DNA of 54,045 nt from Giesbergeria sp. (GTDB lineage: Bacteria; Pseudomonadota; Gammaproteobacteria; Burkholderiales; Burkholderiaceae_C): NCBI GenBank assembly GCA_030690515.1, contig JAUYGP010000569.1, positions 1 through 54,045 on the forward strand. The letters are read 5' to 3'. Below the pieces are notes generated by a model, which did not search any database, had not been told where the DNA came from, and was given only the letters and a program-made list of their open reading frames with translations. How positions within the stretch are numbered: the stretch's first letter is position 1; each line of letters begins with the position of its first letter. Of this stretch, positions 27,529 through 38,930 are shown piece after piece. The position numbers were made by a program, and so were the translations under genes.

Positions 27529-28038
27529 GTGCACCCCTCCCAACAGCCTCTCCCCCCCAGTTTTTCCGCACGCGAGTTCCGCGATGCATTGGGAATGTTT
27601 GCCACCGGGGTGACCATCGTGACGGCCCGCAGCCCTAAGGGCGACTTGGTAGGCCTGACGGCAAGCTCCTTTAATTCGGTCTCGCTCACGCCACCACTCG
27701 TCGTCTGGAGCCTCTCGCGCAACGCGGCGTCCATGGCGGTGCTGGCCACCGGCGCGCACTATGCCATCAATGTGCTGGCCGCCGACCAGAAGGAACTGGC
27801 CGAACGCTTTGCCATGCGGGGCGTAGACCGTTGGGCCGGGGTGGCCCACCGACCTGGGGTGAACCATGCGCCGCTGCTGGAGGGCACTGTGGCGACGTTC
27901 GAATGCTTCAACCGCAGCCGCTACGACGAAGGCGACCATGTGATTTTTGTCGGCGAGGTGGAACGCTGTAGCCACCGCGTCGGCGCGGCCCCGCTGCTCT
28001 ACCACGGCGGGCGCTTCTATACCGAGCATCCGCTGTAG
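27529..28038 (+). CDS. flavin reductase family protein
   Basis: FRDALGMFATGVTIVT, SFNSVSL.PPL, GDHVIFVGEV. Confidence 0.92.
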   Translation: MHPSQQPLPPSFSAREFRDALGMFATGVTIVTARSPKGDLVGLTASSFNSVSLTPPLVVWSLSRNAASMAVLATGAHYAINVLAADQKELAERFAMRGVDRWAGVAHRPGVNHAPLLEGTVATFECFNRSRYDEGDHVIFVGEVERCSHRVGAAPLLYHGGRFYTEHPL

Positions 28039-28054
28039 CCACGCCTTCACGATC

Positions 28055-28081
28055 AAAAAAAACGGGGCCGAGGCCCCGTTT
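28055..28081. terminator. terminator (dctM side; possibly bidirectional)
   Basis: A8-CGGGGCC-ga-GGCCCCG-TTT. Confidence 0.8.
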
Positions 28082-28084
28082 GGT

Positions 28085-29368
28085 TTACTGACCCATGACC
28101 AGATCAGGCAAGAACAAGCTGATCTGCGGGATGTAGGTCACCATCACCAGGAAGACCAGTAGCACCATCAGCCACGGCAAAGCGGCGCGTGCCACTTGCA
28201 CCAGGCTCATGCCGGTCACCCCGCTGGTCACAAACAGGTTCAGCCCCACGGGCGGCGTCACCATGCCGATCTCCATGTTCACCACCATGATGATGCCCAG
28301 GTGAATAGGATCGATGCCTAGCTGTGTGGCGATCGGGAAAAAGATCGGCGCCAGAATCAGGATGATGCCGGTGGGCTCCATGAAGTTGCCGGCAATCAGC
28401 AGGATCACGTTCACTACTGCCAGGAACATCCAGGGCTCCATACCCATGCCCATGATCTGTTCGGCAATAGTCTGCGGGATGCGCTCGGTGGTCAGCACGT
28501 GCGCAAACAGCAGCGCATTGGCGACGATGAACATCAGCATCACCGTGGTGCGACCGGCTTCCAGGAAGACATGCGGCAGGTCCTTGATCTTCAGGTCGCG
28601 GTAGATGAACACGGCCACACCCAAGGCGTAAACCGCTGACACCGCCGCCGCTTCGGTGGGCGTGAAAACGCCTCCGTAGATGCCGCCCATGATGATGCCC
28701 AGCAGTGCCAGGCCCCACATCGACTCGCGCAGCGCGCGCAGCACTTCGCCCATGCTGGCCTTCGGGGGCGGCGTGGTCTTGAGCTTGCCGGCGCGCCACC
28801 AGACGGCGAACATCAGCATGAAACCCAGCACCAGGCCAGGGATCACGCCCGCCAGGAACATGCGGCCCACGGACACTTCGGTCACGGCGGCGTAGACCAC
28901 CATCACGATGGAGGGCGGAATCAGGATGCCCAGGGTACCGGCGTTGCAGATGACACCGGCGCCAAACTCCATGGGATAACCGTTCTTCACCATCCCCGCG
29001 ATCACGATGGAGCCAATGGCCACCACCGTGGCCGGGCTGGAGCCCGAGACCGCCGCAAACAGCATGCAGGCCAGCACCGAGGCAATGGCCAAGCCGCCGC
29101 GCAAATGGCCCACAGCCGCGATGGCGAAATTCACCATGCGCCGGGCCACACCCCCGGTGGACATCAGTACACCGGCCAGCACGAAGAAGGGGATCGACAT
29201 CAGCGTGTAGTGCTCGCTGGTCTCGAACATCTTGATCGTCAGGCTGGCCAGCGAATCTTGCGAGAAGAAGACAATAGTGACGATGCTGGAGAGCCCCAGG
29301 CTGATGGCGATCGGCATGCCGATGGCCATGCAGAAGAAAAGCCCGGCAAAAAGTACGAGCGTGTTCAT
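28085..29368 (-). CDS. dctM: TRAP transporter large permease
   Basis: SGSSPAT, GTLGILIPPSI, FTPTEAA, TPPVGLNLFV. Confidence 0.95.
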   Translation of the reverse strand: MNTLVLFAGLFFCMAIGMPIAISLGLSSIVTIVFFSQDSLASLTIKMFETSEHYTLMSIPFFVLAGVLMSTGGVARRMVNFAIAAVGHLRGGLAIASVLACMLFAAVSGSSPATVVAIGSIVIAGMVKNGYPMEFGAGVICNAGTLGILIPPSIVMVVYAAVTEVSVGRMFLAGVIPGLVLGFMLMFAVWWRAGKLKTTPPPKASMGEVLRALRESMWGLALLGIIMGGIYGGVFTPTEAAAVSAVYALGVAVFIYRDLKIKDLPHVFLEAGRTTVMLMFIVANALLFAHVLTTERIPQTIAEQIMGMGMEPWMFLAVVNVILLIAGNFMEPTGIILILAPIFFPIATQLGIDPIHLGIIMVVNMEIGMVTPPVGLNLFVTSGVTGMSLVQVARAALPWLMVLLVFLVMVTYIPQISLFLPDLVMGQ

Positions 29369-29892
29369 TGCGTTTCCTCCTCGGCCTTCAGGCCCATGGC
29401 TTCAGCCGCCTCGTCGGCCAGGCGCAGCGAGTCGGCGCGGCCGGTGATCAGGTCATAGAGAATCTGCAGAAAGCGAAAACCGGTGAGCGCCATGCCCAGC
29501 GGCATCACGGCCAGAATCTGCCAGCGCTCGATCGGCATGTCTTCAAGCTCGATGCCGACCTGCTTCATTTTGAGCACGTATTCCATGGAACCGGCCAGAA
29601 CGAAACCGACGTAAGCCAGGCTCAGCAGCACAGCCACGATACCAGCCGCCTTGCGCTTGCCCGGTGCCATCAGCTTGACCAGCGCATCCACACCGATGTG
29701 CGAGCCTACGCGCACGCCGTACGACACCCCCACGAAGATCATGATGGCAAAGAACACCGTGGTGAGCTCCAGCGCCCAGGTAAATCCGCTATTAAAAACA
29801 TAGCGCATGACGACCTGCAGAAAGGTCAGCCCTGTCATGGCCAGCAGCATGAGGGAGATGATCCACTCTTCGAGATGGTTGAGGATTTTCAT
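29365..29892 (-). CDS. dctQ: TRAP transporter small permease
   Basis: QVVMRYVFN..W..EL; HIGVD; 4 TM segments. Confidence 0.93.
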   Translation of the reverse strand: MKILNHLEEWIISLMLLAMTGLTFLQVVMRYVFNSGFTWALELTTVFFAIMIFVGVSYGVRVGSHIGVDALVKLMAPGKRKAAGIVAVLLSLAYVGFVLAGSMEYVLKMKQVGIELEDMPIERWQILAVMPLGMALTGFRFLQILYDLITGRADSLRLADEAAEAMGLKAEEETQ

Positions 29893-29904
29893 CAAAAGTG
29901 CTCC

Positions 29905-29930
29905 AAAAAAAGCCCCGGTCGTGCCGGGGC
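29905..29930 (-). terminator. terminator-like stem-loop between dctP and dctQ
   Basis: Minus strand GCCCCGG-cacga-CCGGGGC followed by a T-run. Confidence 0.65.
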
Positions 29931-29953
29931 CATGGGCTCAGGTGGGCTCCGGC

Positions 29954-31047
<1,094 letters not shown>

Positions 31048-31049
31048 AA

Positions 31050-32081
31050 TCAACCGCCATCAATGGCCTTGCGTGCATCGTCCAGCCATGCCGTGCCGAT
31101 GCGCCGTGCCAGCCCCGTATGCACGGGCTCCACGGCCTTGCGCATGAGCGCGATTTGCGCTGGCGCTGGCACATGGATGCGCGTGCCGCCCGCTTCGCGC
31201 AGGGCCGTCAGGGCCTTGTCGTTCTGGGTGTCGGCAATCTGGTTGCCAAAGTACAGCGCCTCGCGCAGCGCCTCACTGACCAACGTGCGGTCGGGCGCGG
31301 ACATGGACTCCCAGAAGCGCTGGTTGGCGACGAAGGCATAGCCCAGATAGGCGTGCTGCGTCAGGCTCAGGTCGGTCTGGACCTCGTGCATGCCCTGGGT
31401 CCAGAAATTGGAAACCGGGTTCTCGGTGCCATCGACCACGCCAGCCGCCAGCGCCCGCCGCGTTTCGCTGAAGGCCAGCGTGACAGGCCGCGCGCCCAGG
31501 GCGCGCATTTGCGCCGCAATGACGCGTGAGGCCTGGATGCGCATGCGCAGACCCTCGAAATGCGCTGGTTCCAGCAAGGGACGGTTGGCGCTCATGTGCT
31601 TGAACCCGTTGTCCATGAAGCCTAGCCCCACCAGCCGCTGGCGCCCCAACCGATCGAGCATGCGTTGCCCCAGGGCGCCCTGGGTGATGCGGCGCACATT
31701 GGCCACATCCGGGAAAAGGTAAGGCAGGTCGAACAACTCGAACTCGGGAAAACCGATGCGCCCGAACTTGGACAGCGAGGGCGCCAGCATTTCCACGGCG
31801 CCCAGTTGCAGGGCCTGCATTTCGTCGTGGTCGCCATACAGTCGCGCGTCAGGGTAGACCACCACCGCAATGCGCCCACCCGAGCGCGCGTCCACCAGCG
31901 CCTGGAACCGGTTGGCCGCCAGGCCCTTGGGAGTGTCCTCGGCCACCACGTGCGAGAGCCGGATCGTCAGCCCCGCAGGTGCTGCGCGTACCAGCCCTGC
32001 GGCCGAGCCAGCCACGGCCGCCAGCCCCTGCAGCATGCGGCGGCGCCTGAAGCCCGGAAGTTGCGTGTCGATCGTTCCCAT
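31050..32081 (-). CDS. second DctP-family binding protein with twin-Arg-like signal
   Basis: FRRRRMLQG leader; SHVVAEDTPKG, FDLPYLF, DGTENP. Confidence 0.9.
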   Translation of the reverse strand: MGTIDTQLPGFRRRRMLQGLAAVAGSAAGLVRAAPAGLTIRLSHVVAEDTPKGLAANRFQALVDARSGGRIAVVVYPDARLYGDHDEMQALQLGAVEMLAPSLSKFGRIGFPEFELFDLPYLFPDVANVRRITQGALGQRMLDRLGRQRLVGLGFMDNGFKHMSANRPLLEPAHFEGLRMRIQASRVIAAQMRALGARPVTLAFSETRRALAAGVVDGTENPVSNFWTQGMHEVQTDLSLTQHAYLGYAFVANQRFWESMSAPDRTLVSEALREALYFGNQIADTQNDKALTALREAGGTRIHVPAPAQIALMRKAVEPVHTGLARRIGTAWLDDARKAIDGG

Positions 32082-32121
32082 GGTCGCTATGCTACGGCTG
32101 GCGCACGCCAATTCCACTCCG

Positions 32122-34158
32122 ATGCAACCCTCGCCCGATCCACCTCCCCTGGACTTTGCCCTGCTGCAGCAAACGCCGCCGGGACAGACACCGCGCAACC
32201 GCCGCGCACTGTGGTGGATGCTGGGTTTTCTGGTGCTCGTGGTGGCGTCGGTGGTCGCACTGGTGCTGTACCTCAGTGCTTTTGAAGATGAGGAAGAGGA
32301 GCGTCGACGCGTGGCCGACGGCCAGTGGCTGGAGCAAAGCGCACGCTTTCACTTCAACCGCCTCGAAGAAGACCTGCTGGTGCTCGCGCGCCAGGCGGTG
32401 CTGGAATCACCCCGCACACCGTCCTCGCGATCCGCCCCGACCATGCAGGGAGGGCTGCTCTGGAATGCTCCCGGCGCCATTCTCTGGCATGGCTGGCAAG
32501 AGCCCGGACCGCAAGGCCAGCCCGCACGCTGGCAGACCGACAACCAGGCCCACCCCTCCAATGCTGAGGCGCTGGCCAGCATGTTCGACATCGCCGCCGG
32601 CCTGCGCCGCTCCGCCTACGCCGGCCCCATGCGCCAGGCCGATGGCACGCAGACTGACACCGTCTGGTTAACGGTGCCGTTCTTTGAGCGAGGGACCTTC
32701 GTGGGCAACTACGTGGCAGCCCTGGGCATGGAGGCCTGCGTGCAAGGGCTGGTGCCCCCCTGGTTCCACCAGAGCCACAGGGTGCGCCTGGTGATCGATG
32801 GCGCCGACACCACCGCCGCCGACCCCGATGGCCCCAGCGCGTACCTGGCGCCCATGAACCTGCCTGGCACCGACCTTTTCGTCGAGGTGGCACCGCTGGA
32901 CACGCAGCCGGCCACGGTGCCGCGCATCTTCCTGCTGGTGGCGTTGTTGTTTTTGCTGGGCATGTTGGTCAGCCTGCTCGCCCTGCGGCGTGACATTGGC
33001 AAACGCCAGCATGTGCAAGCGCTCTTGCAGGCGCAGGTGGTACTGCGCACCGCCATGGAGAACTCCGTCACCATCGGTCTGCGCGCCTGGGCCCGCAATG
33101 GCAAGGTGCTGTATGTGAACGAGGCGTTTTGCCGCATGGTGGGCTACAGCGCCGCCGAACTGGTGGGCCAGTCAGCCCCCATGCCCTACTGGCCCGCACA
33201 CCAGGCCGGAGAGCTGGGCCTGCTGCACCGCGACGTGATCGCCCAGGGCACCCGCGACGAAGGCCTGGAAGTACAGTTCCAGCACCGCGACGGCCATCTG
33301 GTGGATGTGCTGATCCACGAGTCACCCCTCACCACCGCCCTGGGCAAGCAGGTCGGTTGGATGAGCTCGGTGCTCGACATCAGCGAACGCAAGCGTGCCC
33401 AGCGCCTGGCCGCTCTGCAGCAGGAAAAGCTGGAGGCCTCGGGCCGCCTGGTGGCCGTGGGCGAGGTAGCCTCGACCTTGGCCCATGAGCTGAACCAGCC
33501 ACTGGGTGCGCTGAGCAGTTTTGCCAACGGTTTGCTCAACCGTCTGCGCGATCGCAGCATTGCGCTGGACGAAGTGGCCCCGGTGGTCGCCCGCATGGCC
33601 CGCCTGTCGGACAAGGCCGGAGGCATCATCCAGCGCGTGAATGCCTTTGCACGACAACGTGAGTTGTCGTACCAGCGCTTCGATTTGACCGGCTTTGTAC
33701 GCCGCTGCGTGGCAACGCAGACAACCCCGCCGGAGGTGACCCTGCAGGTGCTTCCCCCCCGGGGCGCCGTGTGGGTGCAGGCCGACGGCCTGCTGCTGGA
33801 GCATGTGGTGACCAACCTGGTCGCCAACGCCTTGGGCTGGGCCGCCCGGGGCGCAAGCCAGCCCGGGCAGGTACGCGTCTGGGTGCAGTCCGCGACCGAG
33901 CCGCGCATGGCGCAGCTGTGGGTGGCCGACAGCGGCCCTGGCGTGCGCGAGGAGGACCGCGAGCACATCTTCAACGCTTTTTTCAGCACCAAGGACGGTG
34001 GTATGGGCATGGGGCTGGCCATTTGCCGCTCCATCGTCGAAGCGCACCATGGCCGCATCGAAGTGGAGCACGACCCGGAGCTGGGAGGCGCCCGCTTTAC
34101 CGTCTGGCTACCGCTGGACGGCGCTGCCACCGGCCCCTCACCGCAGGAGACTCCATGA
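32122..34158 (+). CDS. PAS sensor histidine kinase (DctS-like)
   Basis: Two TM segments, PAS, LAHELNQP H-box, DSGPG, GMGMGLAIC. Start uncertain. Confidence 0.9.
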   Translation: MQPSPDPPPLDFALLQQTPPGQTPRNRRALWWMLGFLVLVVASVVALVLYLSAFEDEEEERRRVADGQWLEQSARFHFNRLEEDLLVLARQAVLESPRTPSSRSAPTMQGGLLWNAPGAILWHGWQEPGPQGQPARWQTDNQAHPSNAEALASMFDIAAGLRRSAYAGPMRQADGTQTDTVWLTVPFFERGTFVGNYVAALGMEACVQGLVPPWFHQSHRVRLVIDGADTTAADPDGPSAYLAPMNLPGTDLFVEVAPLDTQPATVPRIFLLVALLFLLGMLVSLLALRRDIGKRQHVQALLQAQVVLRTAMENSVTIGLRAWARNGKVLYVNEAFCRMVGYSAAELVGQSAPMPYWPAHQAGELGLLHRDVIAQGTRDEGLEVQFQHRDGHLVDVLIHESPLTTALGKQVGWMSSVLDISERKRAQRLAALQQEKLEASGRLVAVGEVASTLAHELNQPLGALSSFANGLLNRLRDRSIALDEVAPVVARMARLSDKAGGIIQRVNAFARQRELSYQRFDLTGFVRRCVATQTTPPEVTLQVLPPRGAVWVQADGLLLEHVVTNLVANALGWAARGASQPGQVRVWVQSATEPRMAQLWVADSGPGVREEDREHIFNAFFSTKDGGMGMGLAICRSIVEAHHGRIEVEHDPELGGARFTVWLPLDGAATGPSPQETP

Positions 34159-34808
34159 ACCGTGTTGCCATTCACATCGTTGACGACGATCCCGACGTGC
34201 GTGACGGACTGGCCTGGCTATTCGACTCGCGCGGCTACCGCACAGCCACCTGGGACGGCGGCCCCGCCTTTCTCAAGGCAGCTGCCGTGCGCCAGGACGA
34301 CTGGGGCCATGCCGTGGTGCTGATGGACATTCGTATGGAGCCGCTGTCGGGCCTGAGCACCTTCGAGAAACTCACCCAGCTGGGCTGCCCCTGGCCAGTG
34401 CTGTTTCTCACCGGACATGGCGACGTAGGCATGGCCGTGGCCGCCGTGAAGAACGGTGCCTGGGATTTTCTGGAAAAACCTTTCCAGGACAACCTGCTGG
34501 TCGACCGCGTGGAACAAGCCCTGGCTGCTGCCAGCGCGCAGCAGCAGGCCCAGGGCGAAGCACAGCGCCTGCGCGGTGCGCTGGCCAGCCTAAGCCAGCG
34601 CGAACGTGAGGTACTCGACGAACTGCTCTGCGGCCACTACAACAAGACCATCGCCGACCACTTGGGCATCACGCCACGCACGGTGGAGTTCCATCGCGCC
34701 AATATTTTTGCCAAGCTGGGCGTGCACTCTGCCGTCGAGCTGGCACACCAGCTCGGCCGCCTGCAGGCGGTGCCCGCCCCCGGGGGCGCCGACAACACGC
34801 CTTCCTGA
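34155..34808 (+). CDS. FixJ/DctR-like response regulator (REC + LuxR HTH)
   Basis: IVDDD, MDIRM, LTGHGD, FLEKP, LSQREREV..NKTIA..TVEFHR. Confidence 0.93.
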   Translation: MNRVAIHIVDDDPDVRDGLAWLFDSRGYRTATWDGGPAFLKAAAVRQDDWGHAVVLMDIRMEPLSGLSTFEKLTQLGCPWPVLFLTGHGDVGMAVAAVKNGAWDFLEKPFQDNLLVDRVEQALAAASAQQQAQGEAQRLRGALASLSQREREVLDELLCGHYNKTIADHLGITPRTVEFHRANIFAKLGVHSAVELAHQLGRLQAVPAPGGADNTPS

Positions 34809-34946
34809 AAGAGCACACGCCCGCGTGCAAAAACCCTGCAGCGGACTGCGGGAAACCGGCCCGTTTTGACATTCCAGCCCAGACTGGAACAATCCTTGGA
34901 CTCCAACCCCCTCGGGCCACGCCCGCCTTTTTTGAACTGGAGCCTC

Positions 34947-35402
34947 ATGTCTCGCCTGCACCACCTTCCCCGTTTTTTGACATCCCTGGCGCTTTGCCTG
35001 GCCGCCACAACAGGCGCGCAGGCGCGCGAGATGGTGAGCGTGCAGCGGGCCGAGGTCAATCTGCGTGCAGGCGCAGGCACGCAGCATGAAGCGCGATGGG
35101 TGCTTTCGCGGGGCTATCCACTGGAGGTGACGGGCCGCAAAGGCCAGTGGCTGCACGTACGCGATTTCGAGAACGATACCGGCTGGATCTTCCGCCCGTT
35201 GGTGGGAAAGCAGGCAAACCACGTGGTCAAGGGCAACGTGGTCAATCTGCGCAGCGGCCCGAGCACTCGCTCACGCATCGTCGGCAAGGCCACCCGCGGT
35301 GAAGTACTGCGCACCCTGGAGCGGCGCAGCCAGTGGGTGAAGGTACAGCAGGACGGCGGCCCACGCGGCTGGGTAGCCCGCAGGCTGTTGTGGGGCTGGT
35401 AA
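34947..35402 (+). CDS. secreted tandem bacterial SH3 domain protein
   Basis: Signal peptide; two VNLR.G....W..V......GW repeats. Confidence 0.88.
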   Translation: MSRLHHLPRFLTSLALCLAATTGAQAREMVSVQRAEVNLRAGAGTQHEARWVLSRGYPLEVTGRKGQWLHVRDFENDTGWIFRPLVGKQANHVVKGNVVNLRSGPSTRSRIVGKATRGEVLRTLERRSQWVKVQQDGGPRGWVARRLLWGW

Positions 35403-35513
35403 TCCCATTTCTAAATCAAACGTGAATTGTGTCGGCTGTGCGTTCACGCTTGAGCTCGTAGCGACATAGGCTCTTCTCCTTCGCACGGGGTGACCACAAC
35501 CCCTTCCTTGTCC

Positions 35514-36113
35514 ATGTCCACTCCACAACACCCTTGCCTCCTGCTGCACCACCTGAGCGTGGGCACAGCACAACCCTTGCGCATCGGTGAACGCAGGATT
35601 CTTACCGCCATCGGCAAGGCACCGGTGGCAGGGCCAGTGCGTGCGGGCCGCCTAGGCCTGGACGGTGACGAACAGGCCGATCTGTGCGTGCACGGCGGCC
35701 TGGACAAGGCGGTTTATGCCTACCCTGCTGCGCACTACGCTTTTTGGCAGGCGCAGCGTCGCAAGCACGGCGTGGGCTTGTTTGACGAAGTGCTGCCGCC
35801 CGGTTTCATGGGCGAGAATCTGACGGTGGAAGGCTTGCTCGAGCACGAGGTCTACGTGGGCGACCGCCTGCATTTCCCCGACTGCGTGTTACGCGTAACC
35901 GCGCCACGCGAGCCTTGCTACAAATTCAACGCCGTCATGGGTTTTGTGCAGGCAGGGCGCACCATGGCGCTGACCGGAAACTGCGGCTACTACCTGGCCG
36001 TTGACCAGCCAGGAACGATTGCCGCAGGGCAACGTGCCTGGCTACAACCGGGCCAGCGTGGGCTGAGTATTGCGCAGGCGCTGGCCGGAAAGTGGGCCAA
36101 GCACGCGCGCTGA
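35514..36113 (+). CDS. MOSC domain protein (YiiM-like)
   Basis: GL.GDEQAD..VHGG.DKA, GENL, PREPCYK. Confidence 0.9.
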   Translation: MSTPQHPCLLLHHLSVGTAQPLRIGERRILTAIGKAPVAGPVRAGRLGLDGDEQADLCVHGGLDKAVYAYPAAHYAFWQAQRRKHGVGLFDEVLPPGFMGENLTVEGLLEHEVYVGDRLHFPDCVLRVTAPREPCYKFNAVMGFVQAGRTMALTGNCGYYLAVDQPGTIAAGQRAWLQPGQRGLSIAQALAGKWAKHAR

Positions 36114-37580
36114 TCACTGCACCAGCAGCGTGGTGCCCAGCGCCAGCGCGCCCTGCGATACCAGCCATTGCACGCCAGCGACGCCGTCGTCTGCATTGGC
36201 AAAGCGCAAGGTATAGGCTGGGTTGGCCGCAAGGCTGGCCTCTGCATCGGGTGCGCCCAGGTGCACTCGGTAGGTTCCCGTCGCCAACGTGGCTGGCAGC
36301 GCCACCTCACCCTCCAGGCGCAGGAGCTCGCCGGGCGCAGCCTGGCGTAGATCAGAGCCGGGCAACGGTAGCACCGTGGTCTGGCCCTGGACATCGACGA
36401 GCGACAGCACCAGGCTACGTGCGTTCAAGGGCCGGGCCCAGCCCTGGTTGAGCAAGGTCGCCGACCAGGCCAACGTACCCCGGTGAGCCGCCGTGCTGCT
36501 GTGGGCTACGGTTTGCAGTTCCACCCGGTAGCCCAGCCGCCGGGACACCTCCGCCAGGCAGCCACCCGCCTGCCACTGCGCAAAGAAACCGCCGTAGTAG
36601 TCGCGTTTCAGGTAGCTCATGTGGTAGGCCGCACCCTCGCGCAGAAGGTCGGCGCAGGTCATTCGGGCCTGGGCGGGTTCGGGGGGGGCACAGGTCTCCC
36701 CGCCAGCCCCCGTCACCGTCGTAGCCTTTTGCGCATAGGTGCGCAGGGCCTGCGATTCGGCGACGGTTTCAGCAAAGTACGTACCCACATCGTCCGCACT
36801 CGCCAGAAAGCAGTCGTTGTGCAAACCAACGCGCGCAGCGGGAGGCGGCGATGACGATAGCCACTGCGCCAGGGTGACAGGCTCGGGATACCAGCGGGCC
36901 AGATCCGCCGGGTAGCGCACCTGCAGCAGGCGCTGCGCTGGCAGCGCCTGCAAAAGCGCATCGCGCACCGCTGCCTTGCGTGCCGGTGTGGTGAGGTTGT
37001 GGGACGAGGTGTGCCATTCGCCCCAGGCGCCGATGAACCCCCCCTGCATCACGGCGATCACGTCGGCATTGCGCTGCAGTACCGGCTGCAGTTGCTGGAT
37101 ATGGGATTTGACCCGCGAGAGGGTGGCGTCCTGCGCGTTCAGGTACTCGGCCTCGGTTTCCGGGTAGTTGTAGGCGAAACGCAGCACCGTCTTGAGTCCC
37201 TGCTTGCGCAGATTGGCAAAGCCCGTCTCGAGCTTGTTCAGGTAGCTCGAAGGCAAACTGCGCGTGCGGTAGGCGCTCAGATCGGCGGGCGTATAGACCA
37301 GGCGCTGCCCCTCTTGCGCTACGTAGAGCAGCGAGGTGGCCGTGATTTTGGAAGGATCAGTGGCGAAACGGTAAAAACCACGTTCGGGGCCAGGGAAGTC
37401 CAGGTCGGTGGGCTGCAGGGTCACCAGCACCATCGGAGCAACAGACGCCAAGCGCGCCATGGGTGCGGATGCCGCCCCTTCGGAGCGCAGGGAGTCCGGC
37501 TCGTCCTCACCACCACCGCAGGCTACCAAGCCCGCCGCGCACAGCGCCATACCGCCGCATTTCAGAGTCCACGCCTGCAT
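36114..37580 (-). CDS. lipoprotein, DUF4874/DUF4832-type putative glycoside hydrolase-like
   Basis: LVAC lipobox; PERGFY, LRFAY, GFIGAWGEWH, GLHNDCFLAS, GGETC, RRLGYR. Confidence 0.8.
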   Translation of the reverse strand: MQAWTLKCGGMALCAAGLVACGGGEDEPDSLRSEGAASAPMARLASVAPMVLVTLQPTDLDFPGPERGFYRFATDPSKITATSLLYVAQEGQRLVYTPADLSAYRTRSLPSSYLNKLETGFANLRKQGLKTVLRFAYNYPETEAEYLNAQDATLSRVKSHIQQLQPVLQRNADVIAVMQGGFIGAWGEWHTSSHNLTTPARKAAVRDALLQALPAQRLLQVRYPADLARWYPEPVTLAQWLSSSPPPAARVGLHNDCFLASADDVGTYFAETVAESQALRTYAQKATTVTGAGGETCAPPEPAQARMTCADLLREGAAYHMSYLKRDYYGGFFAQWQAGGCLAEVSRRLGYRVELQTVAHSSTAAHRGTLAWSATLLNQGWARPLNARSLVLSLVDVQGQTTVLPLPGSDLRQAAPGELLRLEGEVALPATLATGTYRVHLGAPDAEASLAANPAYTLRFANADDGVAGVQWLVSQGALALGTTLLVQ

Positions 37581-37801
37581 TGCACACCCTCCTGTGGCCT
37601 GCGCAAGGTCAGGCGTTAGGGCATGCTACGGGGGTGGCAGGGCGCTTTCAAACACACAAGTGCAACACCTTGTCAAAGCGTGTTACGAGATGCGCCAATT
37701 GCAGGGATTCATACAGGTTTGTATTGGGCGGGGCACCGAATACCAAGCTATAGCACGATGAATCGATCCAATGATCGTTACGCAGTCGAAGGCAAACCGT
37801 A

Positions 37802-38068
37802 TCAACGCGCAGTTTCTGGCAACTCGATCTTCACTTCGAGCACTTCGAGGTTGTCTTGGCGCTCCAGACTGACCTTGAGGTCGTCGGGATTGATCTTCAC
37901 GTATTTGCTGATCACCGCCACCAGTTCACGCTGCAGCGCAGGCAGGTAGTCGGGCTCGGAGGCATTGCGCCCGCTGCGCTCATGTGCCAGGATGATCTGC
38001 AGACGTTCCTTGGCAACGCTGGCGGTTTTCTTCTTTTCGCCCAGCAGGAAGGAGAGGAAAGACGCCAT
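37802..38068 (-). CDS. minE: cell division topological specificity factor MinE
   Basis: [17 protein letters not shown]; [17 protein letters not shown]. Confidence 0.97.
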   Translation of the reverse strand: MASFLSFLLGEKKKTASVAKERLQIILAHERSGRNASEPDYLPALQRELVAVISKYVKINPDDLKVSLERQDNLEVLEVKIELPETAR

Positions 38069-38071
38069 GGC

Positions 38072-38887
38072 TTATTTGCTCCCGAACAGGCGCTTGAAGA
38101 AGCCGGGCTTTTCGGCATCGATGAAGCGCAGGGGTTTGTCTTCGCCCAGAAAACGATCAATCACGTCCTTGTAGGCCTCGGAGACGTCGGTGCCCTGCAT
38201 GTGAATGGCAGGCAGGCCCTGGTTGGAGGCCTGCAGCACCACCTCGGATTCTGGAATAACACCGATCAGCTTGATGCGCAGGATGTCCTGGATGTCGTCC
38301 AGGCTCAGCATCTGCCCCTCCTGCACGCGGCCCGGGTTGTATCGGGTGATGAGTAGGTGCTCCTTGATGGGTTCGCCCCCTTCGATAGCGCGTTTCGTCT
38401 TGCTGCCGAGCATGCCGAGGATGCGGTCCGAATCGCGCACCGAAGACACCTCGGGATTGGTCACCAGCAGGGCCTCGTCGGCAAAGTGCATGGCCATGAG
38501 TGCGCCGCTTTCGATACCGGCGGGCGAGTCGCAGACGATGTATTCAAAGTCCATCGCCGCCAGGTCTTCGAGCACCTTGCCTACGCCGTCGAGCCTGAGC
38601 GCGTCCTTGTCGCGCGTCTGGCTGGCGGCCAGCACAAACAGGTTGTCGCAGTTCTTGTCCTTGATGAGCGCCTGGTTCAGGTTGGCCTCGCCCTGGATCA
38701 CGTTGATGAGGTCATACACCACGCGGCGCTCGCACCCCATGATGAGGTCGAGGTTGCGCAGACCGACGTCAAAGTCGATCACCGCAGTCTTGTGGCCGCG
38801 CAGAGCGAGGCCGGAAGCAAAGGCGGCGCTGGTGGTGGTCTTGCCCACGCCACCCTTGCCGGAGGTCACGACGACGATTTTGGCCAT
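38072..38887 (-). CDS. minD: septum site-determining ATPase MinD
   Basis: SGKGGVGKTT, DFDVGLRNLD, C-terminal GFFKRLFG. Confidence 0.98.
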   Translation of the reverse strand: MAKIVVVTSGKGGVGKTTTSAAFASGLALRGHKTAVIDFDVGLRNLDLIMGCERRVVYDLINVIQGEANLNQALIKDKNCDNLFVLAASQTRDKDALRLDGVGKVLEDLAAMDFEYIVCDSPAGIESGALMAMHFADEALLVTNPEVSSVRDSDRILGMLGSKTKRAIEGGEPIKEHLLITRYNPGRVQEGQMLSLDDIQDILRIKLIGVIPESEVVLQASNQGLPAIHMQGTDVSEAYKDVIDRFLGEDKPLRFIDAEKPGFFKRLFGSK

Positions 38888-38930
38888 ATTCGAGAAGTCT
38901 CTGTGGGTTGGTTCAGAAAAAGGGAAGGGA

